Below are positions 18,024-28,393 of a stretch of DNA of 64,000 nucleotides, in pieces. The translations under genes were made by a program, and so were the position numbers. Source of the stretch: Patescibacteria group bacterium. Its GTDB lineage: Bacteria; Patescibacteriota; Minisyncoccia; 2-02-FULL-40-12; IGHO2-01-FULL-4-A. How positions within the stretch are numbered: position 1 is the stretch's first letter; every line of letters begins with the position of its first letter. The stretch covers positions 4,864 through 68,863 of the forward strand of contig JBBTSB010000006.1 in assembly GCA_038064915.1 (NCBI GenBank), written 5' to 3'. A model generated the notes under the pieces. That model did no database searches and was not told the DNA's origin. It saw only the letters and a list, made by a program, of their open reading frames with translations.

Positions 18024-18603
18024 GGGCGTTTGCCAGTGTAATCTCATCCGCATACTCTACTGATGTGCCAGCTGCTAAACCCCGCGCCAAGCGGGTGATT
18101 TGTCCTCCGAAGGAGGATCCGCCTCGGGCGGATTTTAATTCCTGCTCCAAATACAAAGCAGTAGTTTCTCCGTAGGTGTTTGGATTGGTGGCCAAGATGA
18201 TTTCCTGTGCATCTTTAGCGCGAATGATAAGTTGACTAATTTTTAGCTTTTCCGGTAAAACACCGCCGGCCGGATTGATCGCTCCTCCGAGGACATGATA
18301 AACGCCATCATACACACCCGCCTTTTCCATTGATGCCAGATCGGTCACTTTCTCTACAATGGCAATTTTCCGCTGGTTTCGACGCGGATTACTGCAGATA
18401 TTGCAGAGATCTGCATCGGCGAAATTAAAACACTGCTGGCAGAGCGTCGGGCCTGTCTTGAGAGCTTCGATATGTTGCGCAAAAGTCTCGATGTCTTCGG
18501 GCGACCAATCCAACATCGCCAAAATCAAACGCGTAGCATGCCGCGGACCAACTCCCGGCAACTTCGTAAAAAAAGCGACTAGATTTTTGAACTTCTCTGA
18601 CAT
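18007..18603 (-). CDS. recR: Recombination protein RecR
   Basis: HhH motif LPGVGPRHATRLILAML, C4 zinc finger CQQCFNFADADLCNIC, and a Toprim domain. Confidence 0.85.
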   Translation of the reverse strand: MSEKFKNLVAFFTKLPGVGPRHATRLILAMLDWSPEDIETFAQHIEALKTGPTLCQQCFNFADADLCNICSNPRRNQRKIAIVEKVTDLASMEKAGVYDGVYHVLGGAINPAGGVLPEKLKISQLIIRAKDAQEIILATNPNTYGETTALYLEQELKSARGGSSFGGQITRLARGLAAGTSVEYADEITLANALKHRK

Positions 18604-19949
18604 TAAAAATGCTTTGCTAGATTTTTAAACGACACATGATCCTCATCAAAATACAGATCCACTTCACCGGTGGGGCCGTTGCGGTGTTTGGCAATGAGAA
18701 TTTCGGCGATATTTTTCTTGTCAGAATCGGGCTTCACTTTATCCTCGCGATAGATAAACATGACCAAGTCTGCATCCTGCTCGATACCACCGGAGTCGCG
18801 AAGGTCAGCAAGCCGTGGTCGCTGGTCGGGCCTACTTTCCACAGCACGATTCAGCTGGGAGAGCGCGAGCACTGGAACATTGAGCTCACGGGCGAGTGCC
18901 TTGAGGTTACGGGAGATCTCACTGATTTGATGGACCATACTGTCATAGTTTTTTGTTGCATTGATGAGCTGGAGATAGTCTACGACAATCAGGCCAAGCC
19001 CATGTTCAGCCTGCAATCGCCGAGCCATCGCGCGCATTTGCATGACGGTGGGGGATGAGGAGTCGTCAATAAAAATTCTCGTTTTTGCGAGACTATCCAG
19101 TCCCATGGCGACTTTTTCAAAGTCATTGTTTTCTCCTTCCGAGGAGAGCTTGCCCGTGCGCATTTTCCATAAACTTACCCCTGATTCGGCCGCGATCAAG
19201 CGATCCGTGACTTCTTCGCGGGACATTTCTATCGTAAAAAATCCCACCGGCACCTCACGTCCCACACTACGCACAATGTCCAGCGCAAGAGAAGTTTTTC
19301 CCATAGAGGGACGTGCGGCGAGGATGATGAGGTTTGATTTTTGGAGACCGGCGGTGATATTGTCCAGATCTACAAACCCAGTCGGCACGCCGCGCAATGC
19401 ACCATCACCCTTGTGAAGCTTGTCGAGACGATCAAAAGCATCGTGGAGAGATTTGTCCAGGCCCATGAAGTTTTGCTGGATAGAGCGCTGGGAGACAGAA
19501 AAGAGACGCTGTTCTGCGCGGTCGAGCAGTTCATCCACATCTTCGTCTTCCTGATAGCCCATGCCGATGATATTGTGCGCACTGTCGATGAGATCTCGCA
19601 GAATCTTTTTGCGCTGAACGATTTTTCCATAGTTGGTGACATGCGCGGAGGTGGGGACGGAATTCATGAGCGATGTGAGATAGCCAAGTCCGCCGACGGC
19701 ATCAAGCTGATTGGTTTCGGTGAGGGCATTGGAAAGGCTCAAAAGATCGATCGGTTCACGCTTTTGATACAGCTTCAGGACATTTTCGTAAATGATTTGA
19801 TGCGCGCGGCCATAAAAATCTCCCGGTTGCAAAAAATCCGCCACACGGTTGATTGATTCCTTATCAAGCAAAAGCGAGCCTAGGAGGCTTTTTTCCGCCT
19901 CAATATTTTGCGGGGGGAGCTTATCTGCGATTGTTCCGTTGCCTGGCAT
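18603..19949 (-). CDS. dnaB: Replicative DNA helicase DnaB
   Basis: N-terminal NIEAEKSLLGSLLLD. Walker A GKTSLALD. RecA-like core. Confidence 0.85.
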   Translation of the reverse strand: MPGNGTIADKLPPQNIEAEKSLLGSLLLDKESINRVADFLQPGDFYGRAHQIIYENVLKLYQKREPIDLLSLSNALTETNQLDAVGGLGYLTSLMNSVPTSAHVTNYGKIVQRKKILRDLIDSAHNIIGMGYQEDEDVDELLDRAEQRLFSVSQRSIQQNFMGLDKSLHDAFDRLDKLHKGDGALRGVPTGFVDLDNITAGLQKSNLIILAARPSMGKTSLALDIVRSVGREVPVGFFTIEMSREEVTDRLIAAESGVSLWKMRTGKLSSEGENNDFEKVAMGLDSLAKTRIFIDDSSSPTVMQMRAMARRLQAEHGLGLIVVDYLQLINATKNYDSMVHQISEISRNLKALARELNVPVLALSQLNRAVESRPDQRPRLADLRDSGGIEQDADLVMFIYREDKVKPDSDKKNIAEILIAKHRNGPTGEVDLYFDEDHVSFKNLAKHF

Positions 19950-19969
19950 GGTAAAGCCAGTATAGCGCG

Positions 19970-21253
19970 TTATTTTTTCTTTACCAGCGGACCATATCCC
20001 GTATCGTCCACACGATATCCACTCTCTTCTATTTGTTTGCGGACTTTGTCTGCGAGGTCATAGTTTTTGTCCTGGCGTGCCCGCTCGCGCTGGTCGAGCA
20101 TCATTTCAACGGTTTTTGGAAGGGATGGAAGATCCGTCGGTATGATGCCAAGAATTTCATTGACGGACTTGAAAAATGCCAGCAGTAGCGCTGCCGATGG
20201 CCTATCAAACTTTCGCTTGGTCATGAGTGGGTTGAGGTTTTTTATCAGATCAAAAAGTACGGCAAACGCCTGAGGGGTATTGAAGTCATTTTCCAGCGCC
20301 TCATAAAAATCCTTTTCTCCCTGATCGATCATCATGGCAATTGCAGGGTTGGGATCTTTGAGCATTTCGTCTTCAAAACGATTGATCTTGTTCACAAACT
20401 CCGCCAACCGCGATGTCGCCGCCTCGGCTTGCTTTAGATTGTCTTCAGAATAATCAAGAGGCGAGCGGTAGTGCGAACTCAACAAATAAAAGCGTAGAGT
20501 TTCTTTTGAATAAATTTGCAAGGCCTCGCGAGCAGTCATGAAGTTCGCATTTGATTTGCCCATGCGCTTGCCTTTGTTTATCAAAAAGCCCGCATGCATC
20601 CATTTCTTTACAAACGGCACGAGGCCGGAGATTGACTCCATGATCGCAATTTCTGCTTCGTGATGGGGAAATTTGAGATCAGCGCCACCGCCGTGGATAT
20701 CGTACTGCGGGCCAAAATATTTTTCGGTAATCGCAGTGTCTTCAATGTGCCAACCAGGACGATCTTTTTTCCATATGCAGAAATCCCCAGGATTTCGTTT
20801 GTTAGGGTTTTCATCTATGCGCGAAACGGCGTCATCGCCTTGTATATCGGTACGACCGGAAAGTTTGCCGTAGTCGGGGAATTTGGAAAGATCAAAATAG
20901 GTACCGTCCTCAAGTTCGTATGCGATGCCTTTATCACGAAGTCTTTGTACTTGTGACTGAATTTCTGGGACGTGATCCATGGCACGTTTATATACTGGTG
21001 CGGTGATACCGAGCGCCTTGGCGTCTTCATAAAATTTTTCCTCCCACTCTTTAGCAAATTCAGCTGGTTCGCGACCCTGTTCTTTTGCCCGGGCGATGAT
21101 CTTATCATCGATGTCCGTGATATTCATAATATACTCCAAATCGACTCCAGTAGAGCGGAGGTATTTCGCAAACGCATCAAAAACCACAAACGTCCTGGCA
21201 TTGCCGATGTGGATGTAGTCATAGACGGTAGGTCCGCAAACGAAGAGTTTCAT
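19970..21253 (-). CDS. cysS: Cysteine--tRNA ligase
   Basis: Class I synthetase HIGN motif (YIHIGNARTF) and KMSKS equivalent (KMGKSNAN). Zn ligands present. Confidence 0.85.
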   Translation of the reverse strand: MKLFVCGPTVYDYIHIGNARTFVVFDAFAKYLRSTGVDLEYIMNITDIDDKIIARAKEQGREPAEFAKEWEEKFYEDAKALGITAPVYKRAMDHVPEIQSQVQRLRDKGIAYELEDGTYFDLSKFPDYGKLSGRTDIQGDDAVSRIDENPNKRNPGDFCIWKKDRPGWHIEDTAITEKYFGPQYDIHGGGADLKFPHHEAEIAIMESISGLVPFVKKWMHAGFLINKGKRMGKSNANFMTAREALQIYSKETLRFYLLSSHYRSPLDYSEDNLKQAEAATSRLAEFVNKINRFEDEMLKDPNPAIAMMIDQGEKDFYEALENDFNTPQAFAVLFDLIKNLNPLMTKRKFDRPSAALLLAFFKSVNEILGIIPTDLPSLPKTVEMMLDQRERARQDKNYDLADKVRKQIEESGYRVDDTGYGPLVKKK

Positions 21254-21405
21254 AATGATATCTTAGCATCGTTTTGAGTAAAAAAAAACCTTCGGACAGG
21301 ATCGAGCTTGGGGGCCGTCTCCTTTCGCTACGCGAAAAGTCCGAAGGTTGAACTAATCTTACCTCTACGCCCAGTGCAGTGTATTGTCAAGTTGAATACA
21401 CCCGG

Positions 21406-21432
21406 TTGGCACTCTTGACATGAGAGTGCTAA
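21406..21432 (+). promoter_or_regulatory. CIRCE operator (HrcA binding site) TTGGCACTC-N9-GAGTGCTAA, overlapping a TTGACA -35 box
   Basis: Matches the CIRCE consensus TTAGCACTC-N9-GAGTGCTAA at 17/18 positions. Immediately upstream of hrcA-grpE-dnaK. Confidence 0.8.
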
Positions 21433-21449
21433 TTTAATAAACTGGATCT

Positions 21450-22148
21450 ATGATAAGTGAGAGACAGCAAAAACTACTCGAAAAGATCATCAAAGAATTT
21501 GTAGCCACGGCACAACCCGTGAGCTCAAAAGCCCTCGAAGAATCGGGGTTTTTGGATGTAAGCTCGGCTACGATCAGAAGTGAGATGAATGAGTTAGAGA
21601 AACTCGGTTTTTTGGAACAGCCACATACTTCAGCGGGCCGGATTCCTAGCGACAAGGCTTATAGGTTCTTTGTGGATAACATGGTCAAGCAGGATGATGT
21701 GACGCCGAAAGAAAAAAAGCGTCTTGATCAGGCCATCGAGCAAAGTCCGCGCGACCCGCATTTTCTCAATCGAGCCATCGCCCAAGCTCTGTGTGAGTTG
21801 TCTGATAACCTGGTCATCGTCAATATTCGCGATCAGCAAGACTTCTTTAAGATTGGTTTGAAAAGTTTGTTTGAAATGCCGGAGTTTCAAGAAATTGAAC
21901 GAGTGTTCCGGATGACGAGTTTGTTTGAGGAGTTTGAGCAGGTTTTTGATCAAATGATGGTCGATGCGCACGATCAAGTCGGGCATGTCAAAATTTTGAT
22001 TGGTCCGGAGACGATGCTGTTTGCGGAATACCGGTTACCCCAGCATCATACCGGTTCCGTCACATTAATCGGCCCGACGAGGATGGATTATGAAAGGAAT
22101 ATAGCTTTGTTAAATTATTTAACTAACAAAATGAACCATGAGCGATGA
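21450..22148 (+). CDS. hrcA: Heat-inducible transcription repressor HrcA (short form)
   Basis: Begins with a wHTH (LLEKIIKEFVATAQPVSSKALEE). Sits directly downstream of CIRCE. At 232 aa it is shorter than typical HrcA. Confidence 0.75.
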   Translation: MISERQQKLLEKIIKEFVATAQPVSSKALEESGFLDVSSATIRSEMNELEKLGFLEQPHTSAGRIPSDKAYRFFVDNMVKQDDVTPKEKKRLDQAIEQSPRDPHFLNRAIAQALCELSDNLVIVNIRDQQDFFKIGLKSLFEMPEFQEIERVFRMTSLFEEFEQVFDQMMVDAHDQVGHVKILIGPETMLFAEYRLPQHHTGSVTLIGPTRMDYERNIALLNYLTNKMNHER

Positions 22149-22545
22149 TATTGTCGAAGAGAAGAGTATGGAAGAAGAGTATCTGAATAATTGGAAGCGG
22201 GCGCAGGCGGATCTGGCTAATTATAAAAAAGAGGAAATGCGGAGAATGGAGGAATTGGTGAAGTATGGAAACGAAGCAATTATTTTGGAGGTACTTGATG
22301 TAGTTGGAAATCTGGAGTTGGCCGCCGAGCATTTGAAAGATGAAGGATTAAAGCAGGTAATAAAGCAGTTTGAACGTTTACTAAAAAAATATGGTGTCGA
22401 GCGGATTGTGGTAGGCGATCACTTTGATCCCAATGTACATGAAGCAGTCGACGCTATAAATGAATCTAAACCGCTGGAAGAAGTCCGGCCGGGCTATACA
22501 TTGCACGGTAGGGTTATCCGCCCAGCGCGAATTAAAAACAAATAA
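22138..22545 (+). CDS. grpE: Nucleotide exchange factor GrpE
   Basis: [14 protein letters not shown] motif. Positioned between hrcA and dnaK. Confidence 0.8.
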   Translation: MSDDIVEEKSMEEEYLNNWKRAQADLANYKKEEMRRMEELVKYGNEAIILEVLDVVGNLELAAEHLKDEGLKQVIKQFERLLKKYGVERIVVGDHFDPNVHEAVDAINESKPLEEVRPGYTLHGRVIRPARIKNK

Positions 22546-22546
22546 C

Positions 22547-24400
22547 ATGGCAAAAATACTAGGAATCGATTTGGGAACGACAAACTCTGCGATGGCCATC
22601 GTCGAAGCCGGCCAGCCGAGGGTTCTGGAAAATAAAGAGGGTATGCGCACTACGCCGTCTATGGTGGCGGTAAAGGGCGCGGAACGGTACGTGGGAGTTA
22701 CGGCAAAGCGACAAGCGGTAACAAACCCAACGAATACCATCTTTTCAGTCAAGCGTCTCATTGGACGGCGCTTTAGTGATCCGGAAGTACAGCGCGATCA
22801 AAAACTCTTACCCTATGAGATTCGCAAAGGCCAGCACGACGATGTCGAGGTAAAACTTGGAGAAAAATGGATGAAGCCGGCAGAAATTTCGGCTATGGTT
22901 TTGCAAAAAATGAAGGCCGATGCGGAAGATAAACTTGGCGAAAAAATCACGGAAGCGATCATCACCGTACCTGCATACTTTGATGACTCACAACGCAAAG
23001 CTACAAAAGACGCAGGTGAAATTGCAGGACTTACCGTAAAGCGCGTGATCAATGAACCAACCGCGGCCGCGCTTGCGTACGGCTTTAACAAAAAAAAAGA
23101 CGAAAAAATCGTCGTCTATGATTTTGGTGGAGGTACGTTTGATATTTCGGTACTTGAGGTTTCAAGTGACACTATTGAAGTAAAAGCCACTGGCGGTGAT
23201 ACGCACCTGGGCGGCGATGATATTGATCAGCTGATCATCAATCACTTCATCGATGAGTTCAAAAAAGATCAGGGAATTGATGTCTCCAAAGATCGTCTTG
23301 TGGTCCAGCGCCTTAAAGACGCAGCTGAAAAGGCCAAGCATGAATTATCGAGCACGACTCAGACCGAAATCAATATCCCATTCCTTACGGCTGATGCCTC
23401 TGGCCCGAAGCACTTCAATCTGAACTTTACCCGTGCCAAGCTCGAATCCCTTACCCAGCCTCTCATCGACAAGTCCATTGAACTTACGAAAAAAGCGCTT
23501 GCTGATGCCAAGCTATCAACAAATCAGATTAATGAGGTTGTATTAGTAGGCGGCCAGACTCGCATGCCGGCAATTATTGAGGCAGTGAAGAAGCTTTTTG
23601 GCAAAGAGCCTCACAAAGATATCAATCCTGATGAAGTTGTTGCCGTTGGTGCGGCAATCCAGGGCGGTATCATGCAAGGCGACGTCAAAGACGTACTTTT
23701 GCTTGATGTCACGCCACTGTCACTCGGAATAGAGACTGCCGGCAACGTGATGACCAAGATGATAGAAAAAAATACTACGGTGCCGACAGCAAAGTCGCAG
23801 GTCTTTTCGACCTACTCCGACAATCAGCCGCATGTAGAAATACATGTATTACAGGGTGAGCGTGCTATGTCGGCGGACAACAAGACACTAGGCAAATTTA
23901 TCCTCGATGGCATTCCTCCTGCCCCCCGCGGCGTCCCACAGATCGAAGTCACCTTTGACATCGATGCAAATGGAATCTTGCACGTAAAGGCAAAAGATAA
24001 GGCGACGGGCAAGGAGCAAAGTATCCGTATTGAAGGCTCATCTGGAATCACTGACGAAGAGAAAAAGCGCATGATGGCTGATGCTGAAGCGCATGCGGCC
24101 GAAGACGCAAAGAAAAAAGAGCTCGTGGAAGCTCGCAATATGGCGGAGGCATTGGTATACTCGACGGAAAAGGCACTCAAGGATGCAGGTGATAAAGTCA
24201 GCGCCGATGATAAGAAGAATATCGAGGAAAAACTTGAGGCACTCAAGAAATTAAAGGACAGCGAGAACGTAGAAGAAATCAAAAAAGCCTCTGAAGAACT
24301 CTCGACTGCGGCGCAGAAAATAGGGGAGGCTATGTATAAGGCCCAACAGGCGCAAAAGCCAGAGGAGCCTAAAGTTGAAGAGAATCCACACCAAGAGTAA
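22547..24400 (+). CDS. dnaK: Chaperone DnaK (Hsp70)
   Basis: [20 protein letters not shown]; DLGGGTFD; substrate-binding domain; EEVD-less tail. Start adjusted to the MAKILG methionine. Confidence 0.9.
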   Translation: MAKILGIDLGTTNSAMAIVEAGQPRVLENKEGMRTTPSMVAVKGAERYVGVTAKRQAVTNPTNTIFSVKRLIGRRFSDPEVQRDQKLLPYEIRKGQHDDVEVKLGEKWMKPAEISAMVLQKMKADAEDKLGEKITEAIITVPAYFDDSQRKATKDAGEIAGLTVKRVINEPTAAALAYGFNKKKDEKIVVYDFGGGTFDISVLEVSSDTIEVKATGGDTHLGGDDIDQLIINHFIDEFKKDQGIDVSKDRLVVQRLKDAAEKAKHELSSTTQTEINIPFLTADASGPKHFNLNFTRAKLESLTQPLIDKSIELTKKALADAKLSTNQINEVVLVGGQTRMPAIIEAVKKLFGKEPHKDINPDEVVAVGAAIQGGIMQGDVKDVLLLDVTPLSLGIETAGNVMTKMIEKNTTVPTAKSQVFSTYSDNQPHVEIHVLQGERAMSADNKTLGKFILDGIPPAPRGVPQIEVTFDIDANGILHVKAKDKATGKEQSIRIEGSSGITDEEKKRMMADAEAHAAEDAKKKELVEARNMAEALVYSTEKALKDAGDKVSADDKKNIEEKLEALKKLKDSENVEEIKKASEELSTAAQKIGEAMYKAQQAQKPEEPKVEENPHQE

Positions 24401-24442
24401 CCCCCTCGAAGTCCCCCTTATAGATAAGGGGGAAGGGGGTTA
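24398..24442. repeat. Nested GC-rich palindromic element, class 2 (TAACCCCCT-CGAAGT-CCCCCTTAT-AG-ATAAGGGGG-A-AGGGGGTTA), probably also the dnaK terminator
   Basis: Inner stem CCCCCTTAT/ATAAGGGGG and outer stem TAACCCCCT/AGGGGGTTA. Same architecture as 41992..42036. Begins at the dnaK stop codon. Confidence 0.7.
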
Positions 24443-24456
24443 TGATATAATGAGTC

Positions 24457-25266
24457 GTGTCTAAAATTATCTCTATCATCACGACAGTCACGCTTATATC
24501 CCTTGGGTTTTGGATTACCGCAGAGCCGTGGGTGAATAGCGAGACAAAGTTCAGTGATCCGAGTCTGTGGATCGCTCCTGCGGCGGTGCTGATCGTGTTT
24601 GCGGCGGTAATTTCACTTGGCTACATGTTGTTGCCGCAAAAACGGCTGAAGCTATTATTGGCAGGGCTGATTGGTTCCACTTACCTCGTAATCTTCGGTG
24701 TTCACTATCTAAACATCATCGCTTTTTTTGTCATCATTCTTTTTCACGTCTTTGCCATCCGTGCCATCCACCTCGAATCCGAAGAACGTCTCAAAATCCA
24801 CCCGATTCACATCATCCGTCGGGGAATCACTGAGGTCATGCTTCCGCTGTACTTTGCCCTCTCGTTTGCGTATTTTTTGAGCCCCTCAATCCAGGAGCGT
24901 GTAAAAGATCCCGTTCTTTCGCCTAGTCTCAAACAAGCCGTGAGTCGTGTGATGGATGAGTTTTTGGAGGCGGAAAAGAACATTCCCCAGGCGCAAAAGC
25001 AAATTGCAAAAAACTATGCATTGGAACAAACCTATGATACTATTACCCGCTGGAGCGATCCCTATCGTGTCTACTTTCCACCGGTGCTGGCGTTTGGATT
25101 ATTCCTAATGTTGTGGGGTCTGGGGTTTGCCTTGCACTGGTTGAGTACATGGATTGGAGCGCTTTTATTTGTCCTTTTGCGCAAAACCAAATTTGTTGTT
25201 ATTGAAAAAAGAAACATAGAAGCCGAGCACATTGCACTATGGCAGCAGACTACTACCAAACTTTAG
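24457..25266 (+). CDS. Hypothetical polytopic membrane protein
   Basis: 269 aa with at least five hydrophobic helices. Confidence 0.4.
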   Translation: MSKIISIITTVTLISLGFWITAEPWVNSETKFSDPSLWIAPAAVLIVFAAVISLGYMLLPQKRLKLLLAGLIGSTYLVIFGVHYLNIIAFFVIILFHVFAIRAIHLESEERLKIHPIHIIRRGITEVMLPLYFALSFAYFLSPSIQERVKDPVLSPSLKQAVSRVMDEFLEAEKNIPQAQKQIAKNYALEQTYDTITRWSDPYRVYFPPVLAFGLFLMLWGLGFALHWLSTWIGALLFVLLRKTKFVVIEKRNIEAEHIALWQQTTTKL

Positions 25267-26066
25267 GAATTTCTAAAACTGCTTCTGCAGATGAGATTAA
25301 GCGTGCGTACCGCAAACTTGCTCACCAGCATCATCCAGACAAAACTGGCGGTAATGAGGCGAAGTTTAAGGAAATTAACGAAGCCTACCAGGTGCTTTCG
25401 GATGACAAAAAGCGACAGCAGTATGATGCGTATGGATCAGCTGGTCCGCAGGGATTTTCCGGTGGTGGCTTCCAAGATTTCGGGGGCTTTTCGCAGGGGT
25501 TTGGTGGGATCAATGTAGAAGATATTTTTGATATGTTCGGATCCTCCTTCGCGCAAGGCTTCGGAGGACAAGGGGTGGATTCGCGGGGCCAGGATATTGA
25601 AGTAGCTCTTACGATAACCCTTCCGGAAGCGTTGCTTGGAGGTCAGAAAATTTTTGAAATAGAAAAACAAAATATATGCGAAGTCTGCAAAGGCGCAGGA
25701 GGAAGTGATATTTCCACTTGCAAGGTTTGCGAGGGGAAAGGACAAGTGAATCAGCAAATGTCGTCGCTTTTCGGCAGTTTTACGCGGAGGACGGTGTGTG
25801 CAAATTGTCACGGCTCCGGCAAAGCTCCAAAAGAACTGTGCAAAGAATGTAAAGGTGATGGACGGAAGCGTGGGCGTGAGCGAATTGAGTTTGAACTGCC
25901 CAGCGGCATTGAAGAAGGCGCTACGTTTAGTATAAAAAACAAAGGTCAGGCAGGCTATCGCGGTGCATCGGCGGGAAATCTCCATCTCCGCATCCATATC
26001 AACATGCCCCGCAAACTCTCGCGCCGCGCCCGCGAGCTTGTGGAAGAATTGTCACTTGAGCTATGA
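25239..26066 (+). CDS. dnaJ: Chaperone DnaJ (short form)
   Basis: J-domain with HPDK (YYQTLGISKTASADEIKRAYRKLAHQHHPDK). G/F region. CxxCxGxG zinc-finger repeats. Confidence 0.8.
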   Translation: MAADYYQTLGISKTASADEIKRAYRKLAHQHHPDKTGGNEAKFKEINEAYQVLSDDKKRQQYDAYGSAGPQGFSGGGFQDFGGFSQGFGGINVEDIFDMFGSSFAQGFGGQGVDSRGQDIEVALTITLPEALLGGQKIFEIEKQNICEVCKGAGGSDISTCKVCEGKGQVNQQMSSLFGSFTRRTVCANCHGSGKAPKELCKECKGDGRKRGRERIEFELPSGIEEGATFSIKNKGQAGYRGASAGNLHLRIHINMPRKLSRRARELVEELSLEL

Positions 26067-26078
26067 TATACTTTTCGT

Positions 26079-26429
26079 ATGGCTGTACTTGATTCAGTTG
26101 CAAAATTTTTTCAGAGCACCTTAGGGTCTATTTCATTGTCCACCGTTGATCACCGCTGGCTCATTGTTGCCGGTGCCGTTTTTGTGATTGCGTTGATCGT
26201 TTTCACGCAAGACAAAGCAAGGGCGATCAAGTACTTGATTTTACTCTACGCGCTTTGGTTCGTGGCTTCGCTGGTGCCCGGCGTGATGGATAAAATCGAA
26301 AAAGCCGTCCCTGCGGACCAACTATTTGTTATTCAAATTATCTTCGGCGCTTTGCCGCTCGTGGCCGTTATTGTCCTTAAGAAGAAGCACGCTCAACGTA
26401 CTCGCCAGTCTCGGTATTCACGCGAATAA
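26079..26429 (+). CDS. Hypothetical membrane protein
   Basis: 116 aa with three hydrophobic helices. Confidence 0.35.
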   Translation: MAVLDSVAKFFQSTLGSISLSTVDHRWLIVAGAVFVIALIVFTQDKARAIKYLILLYALWFVASLVPGVMDKIEKAVPADQLFVIQIIFGALPLVAVIVLKKKHAQRTRQSRYSRE

Positions 26430-26946
26430 CTTCGCCTTCGTTGATAAAGAGCGGAACGTTGATCATGGCGCCCGTTTCGATTTTGACTTGCTTGGTACCG
26501 CCCTGTGCGGTGTTACCGCGTGTTGACGGGGGAGCTTCGATGACTTTGAAATCCATCTTTACCGGCAATTCCACCGTGATAGCCTTGCCGTTGTATTCGA
26601 TAGCGGTCACCACCGTGTTGGGCTTGAGAAACTTCGCACCATCTCCAAGAATGCTTTCTTCAATTTTGAATCGATTTTTGGGGTTGTCCTTATCGGTGAA
26701 CCAAAATTCCCCACGATGCGCATAGAGAAAATTTGCTTCTCGCTTCTGGATATCGGCTTCTTCGAGAACGTCGGACACCATAAAATTGTGTTCAATGATT
26801 TTGCCGTTGATCAAATTGCGCATGCGGGTTTGGAATACCGGCTTCCGTTGCTGCATCCGCAAGGGTTGGGACGACAAAACTACAAAAGGTTGGCCCTCGT
26901 AAATAAAAAAGACTCCCGGACGCAATTCATTGTAGGCGTATGACAT
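26377..26946 (-). CDS. efp: Elongation factor P
   Basis: 189 aa. MSYAYNELRPGVFFIYEGQPFVVL... is the typical EF-P N-terminal KOW-like domain. Confidence 0.85.
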   Translation of the reverse strand: MSYAYNELRPGVFFIYEGQPFVVLSSQPLRMQQRKPVFQTRMRNLINGKIIEHNFMVSDVLEEADIQKREANFLYAHRGEFWFTDKDNPKNRFKIEESILGDGAKFLKPNTVVTAIEYNGKAITVELPVKMDFKVIEAPPSTRGNTAQGGTKQVKIETGAMINVPLFINEGEVIRVNTETGEYVERASS

Positions 26947-26973
26947 AGGAAAGGTGATAAGCTGATTAGGTTA

Positions 26974-27738
26974 TTAGGACTTTCGAAAGAGGAATGATAG
27001 GCCAAACACGGCACTGGACGCAAGAACTACTATCGGTCCCGCAGGAAGTGCAAACCATTCTGCAATAAGTATTCCAGCCAACATACTAGCAAATCCAATC
27101 AAACTACTCAAGCGCGCGTAGCCTGACAGGCTTGTCGTCATATTCCGCGCGGCAATCGCTGGGATGATGACCAAGGCTCCCATGAGGAGCGTGCCAACGA
27201 CTTTGATACCGAGCGCGACGATGATGGCAACCAGGAGGAGAAAAACAAAATTGACTCCCGATACGCTCATTCCCGATGAACGGGCAAGATCACTGGAAAC
27301 GGTGCTCAAAACAAACTTTCGGTAGATCATCTGCATGACGACGACAACGAGTATGGAGAGCACAACAGTAATCGCGGTATCGACAAGAGTCACATTTGCT
27401 ATATCGCCAATCAGTGCATGGAAGATTTCTTCTTCCGGGGTAATCAGTAAACCGACGGCTAGAGCAAACGTAAACATCAGACCGACCAAGGACTCGGTGG
27501 GAAGAGTGGTTTTCGATTCGATGAGCCAAATGATGAGAATTCCGATAAACAGTGCAACAAATGCGCCTATAAAAGGATTAAAGCTATATACAAAAGCCAA
27601 TGCCACTCCGGGAAGTGCCACATGCGATAGCGCGTCTCCCACGAGTGCCATACGGCGCAATACCATAAAGGAGCCGATGTATCCCGCCGCGGCGCCTACA
27701 AAAATTCCTGTAATGATTGGTAGAAGATCAATGTTCAT
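26974..27738 (-). CDS. Metal (Zn/Mn) ABC transporter permease, ABC-3 family
   Basis: Polytopic, ZnuB/MntB-like (GSFMVLRRMALVGDALSHVALPGVA). Confidence 0.7.
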   Translation of the reverse strand: MNIDLLPIITGIFVGAAAGYIGSFMVLRRMALVGDALSHVALPGVALAFVYSFNPFIGAFVALFIGILIIWLIESKTTLPTESLVGLMFTFALAVGLLITPEEEIFHALIGDIANVTLVDTAITVVLSILVVVVMQMIYRKFVLSTVSSDLARSSGMSVSGVNFVFLLLVAIIVALGIKVVGTLLMGALVIIPAIAARNMTTSLSGYARLSSLIGFASMLAGILIAEWFALPAGPIVVLASSAVFGLSFLFRKS

Positions 27739-28393
27739 GAAGGTGCTGAAAATATTTTTGAGTATGAAGCATTTCGCTAGTTTCGCCGAAGCAAATCATT
27801 TGCTTGTCGAGGCACAAGATGTTGTTGGTGTATTGTGTTACCACATTCATATCATGAGAAATAATCAAAACAGTAAGCTCGTGAGAGTCGTGGAGTTTTT
27901 GTAGTAAGTGGTAAATTGTTTCTTCGCCACTTACATCAATGCCTGCAGTTGGCTCATCGAAGAGAAGTACATTTGGGTTTCCCAACAGCGCCCATGCAAT
28001 AAGAACACGCTGGAGTTCACCACCAGAAATCACTCCCAGAGAGTGATCGAGGATATGCTCATGAATGCCTACTTCTTTCAGGACAGATTTATAATTTTCA
28101 CTTTTTAATTTTAGAAATTCCCGAACTGTCAAAGGTAGATCTCTCTCGAGAGCCATTTTTTGGGGAACATAACCAATGCGCATTTCATTTGACCATTTGA
28201 TAGTACCAGAGTAGGGGATGAGCCCCAAAAGCGCACGAAAGAGCGTGCTTTTGCCAGCGCCATTTGGACCCACAATTGCCATGACTTCGCCTTTATTCAA
28301 ACTAAAATTGACGTTTTCGAGAATAACACGATTTTCAAGTTCAACTTTTAGGTCACTGACTTCAAGTATTGATTTTTCCGTATCCATTCTCAA
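27728..28393 (-). CDS. Metal ABC transporter ATP-binding protein
   Basis: Walker A GPNGAGKST, signature LSGGELQR, Walker B LLFDEPTAGID. Confidence 0.8.
   Translation of the reverse strand: MRMDTEKSILEVSDLKVELENRVILENVNFSLNKGEVMAIVGPNGAGKSTLFRALLGLIPYSGTIKWSNEMRIGYVPQKMALERDLPLTVREFLKLKSENYKSVLKEVGIHEHILDHSLGVISGGELQRVLIAWALLGNPNVLLFDEPTAGIDVSGEETIYHLLQKLHDSHELTVLIISHDMNVVTQYTNNILCLDKQMICFGETSEMLHTQKYFQHLHEH

Noticed and set aside
22460-22546. N-terminal extension of dnaK ([19 protein letters not shown]...)
   Set aside because: Overlaps the grpE 3' end in another frame. The conserved Hsp70 start [14 protein letters not shown] begins at 22547.
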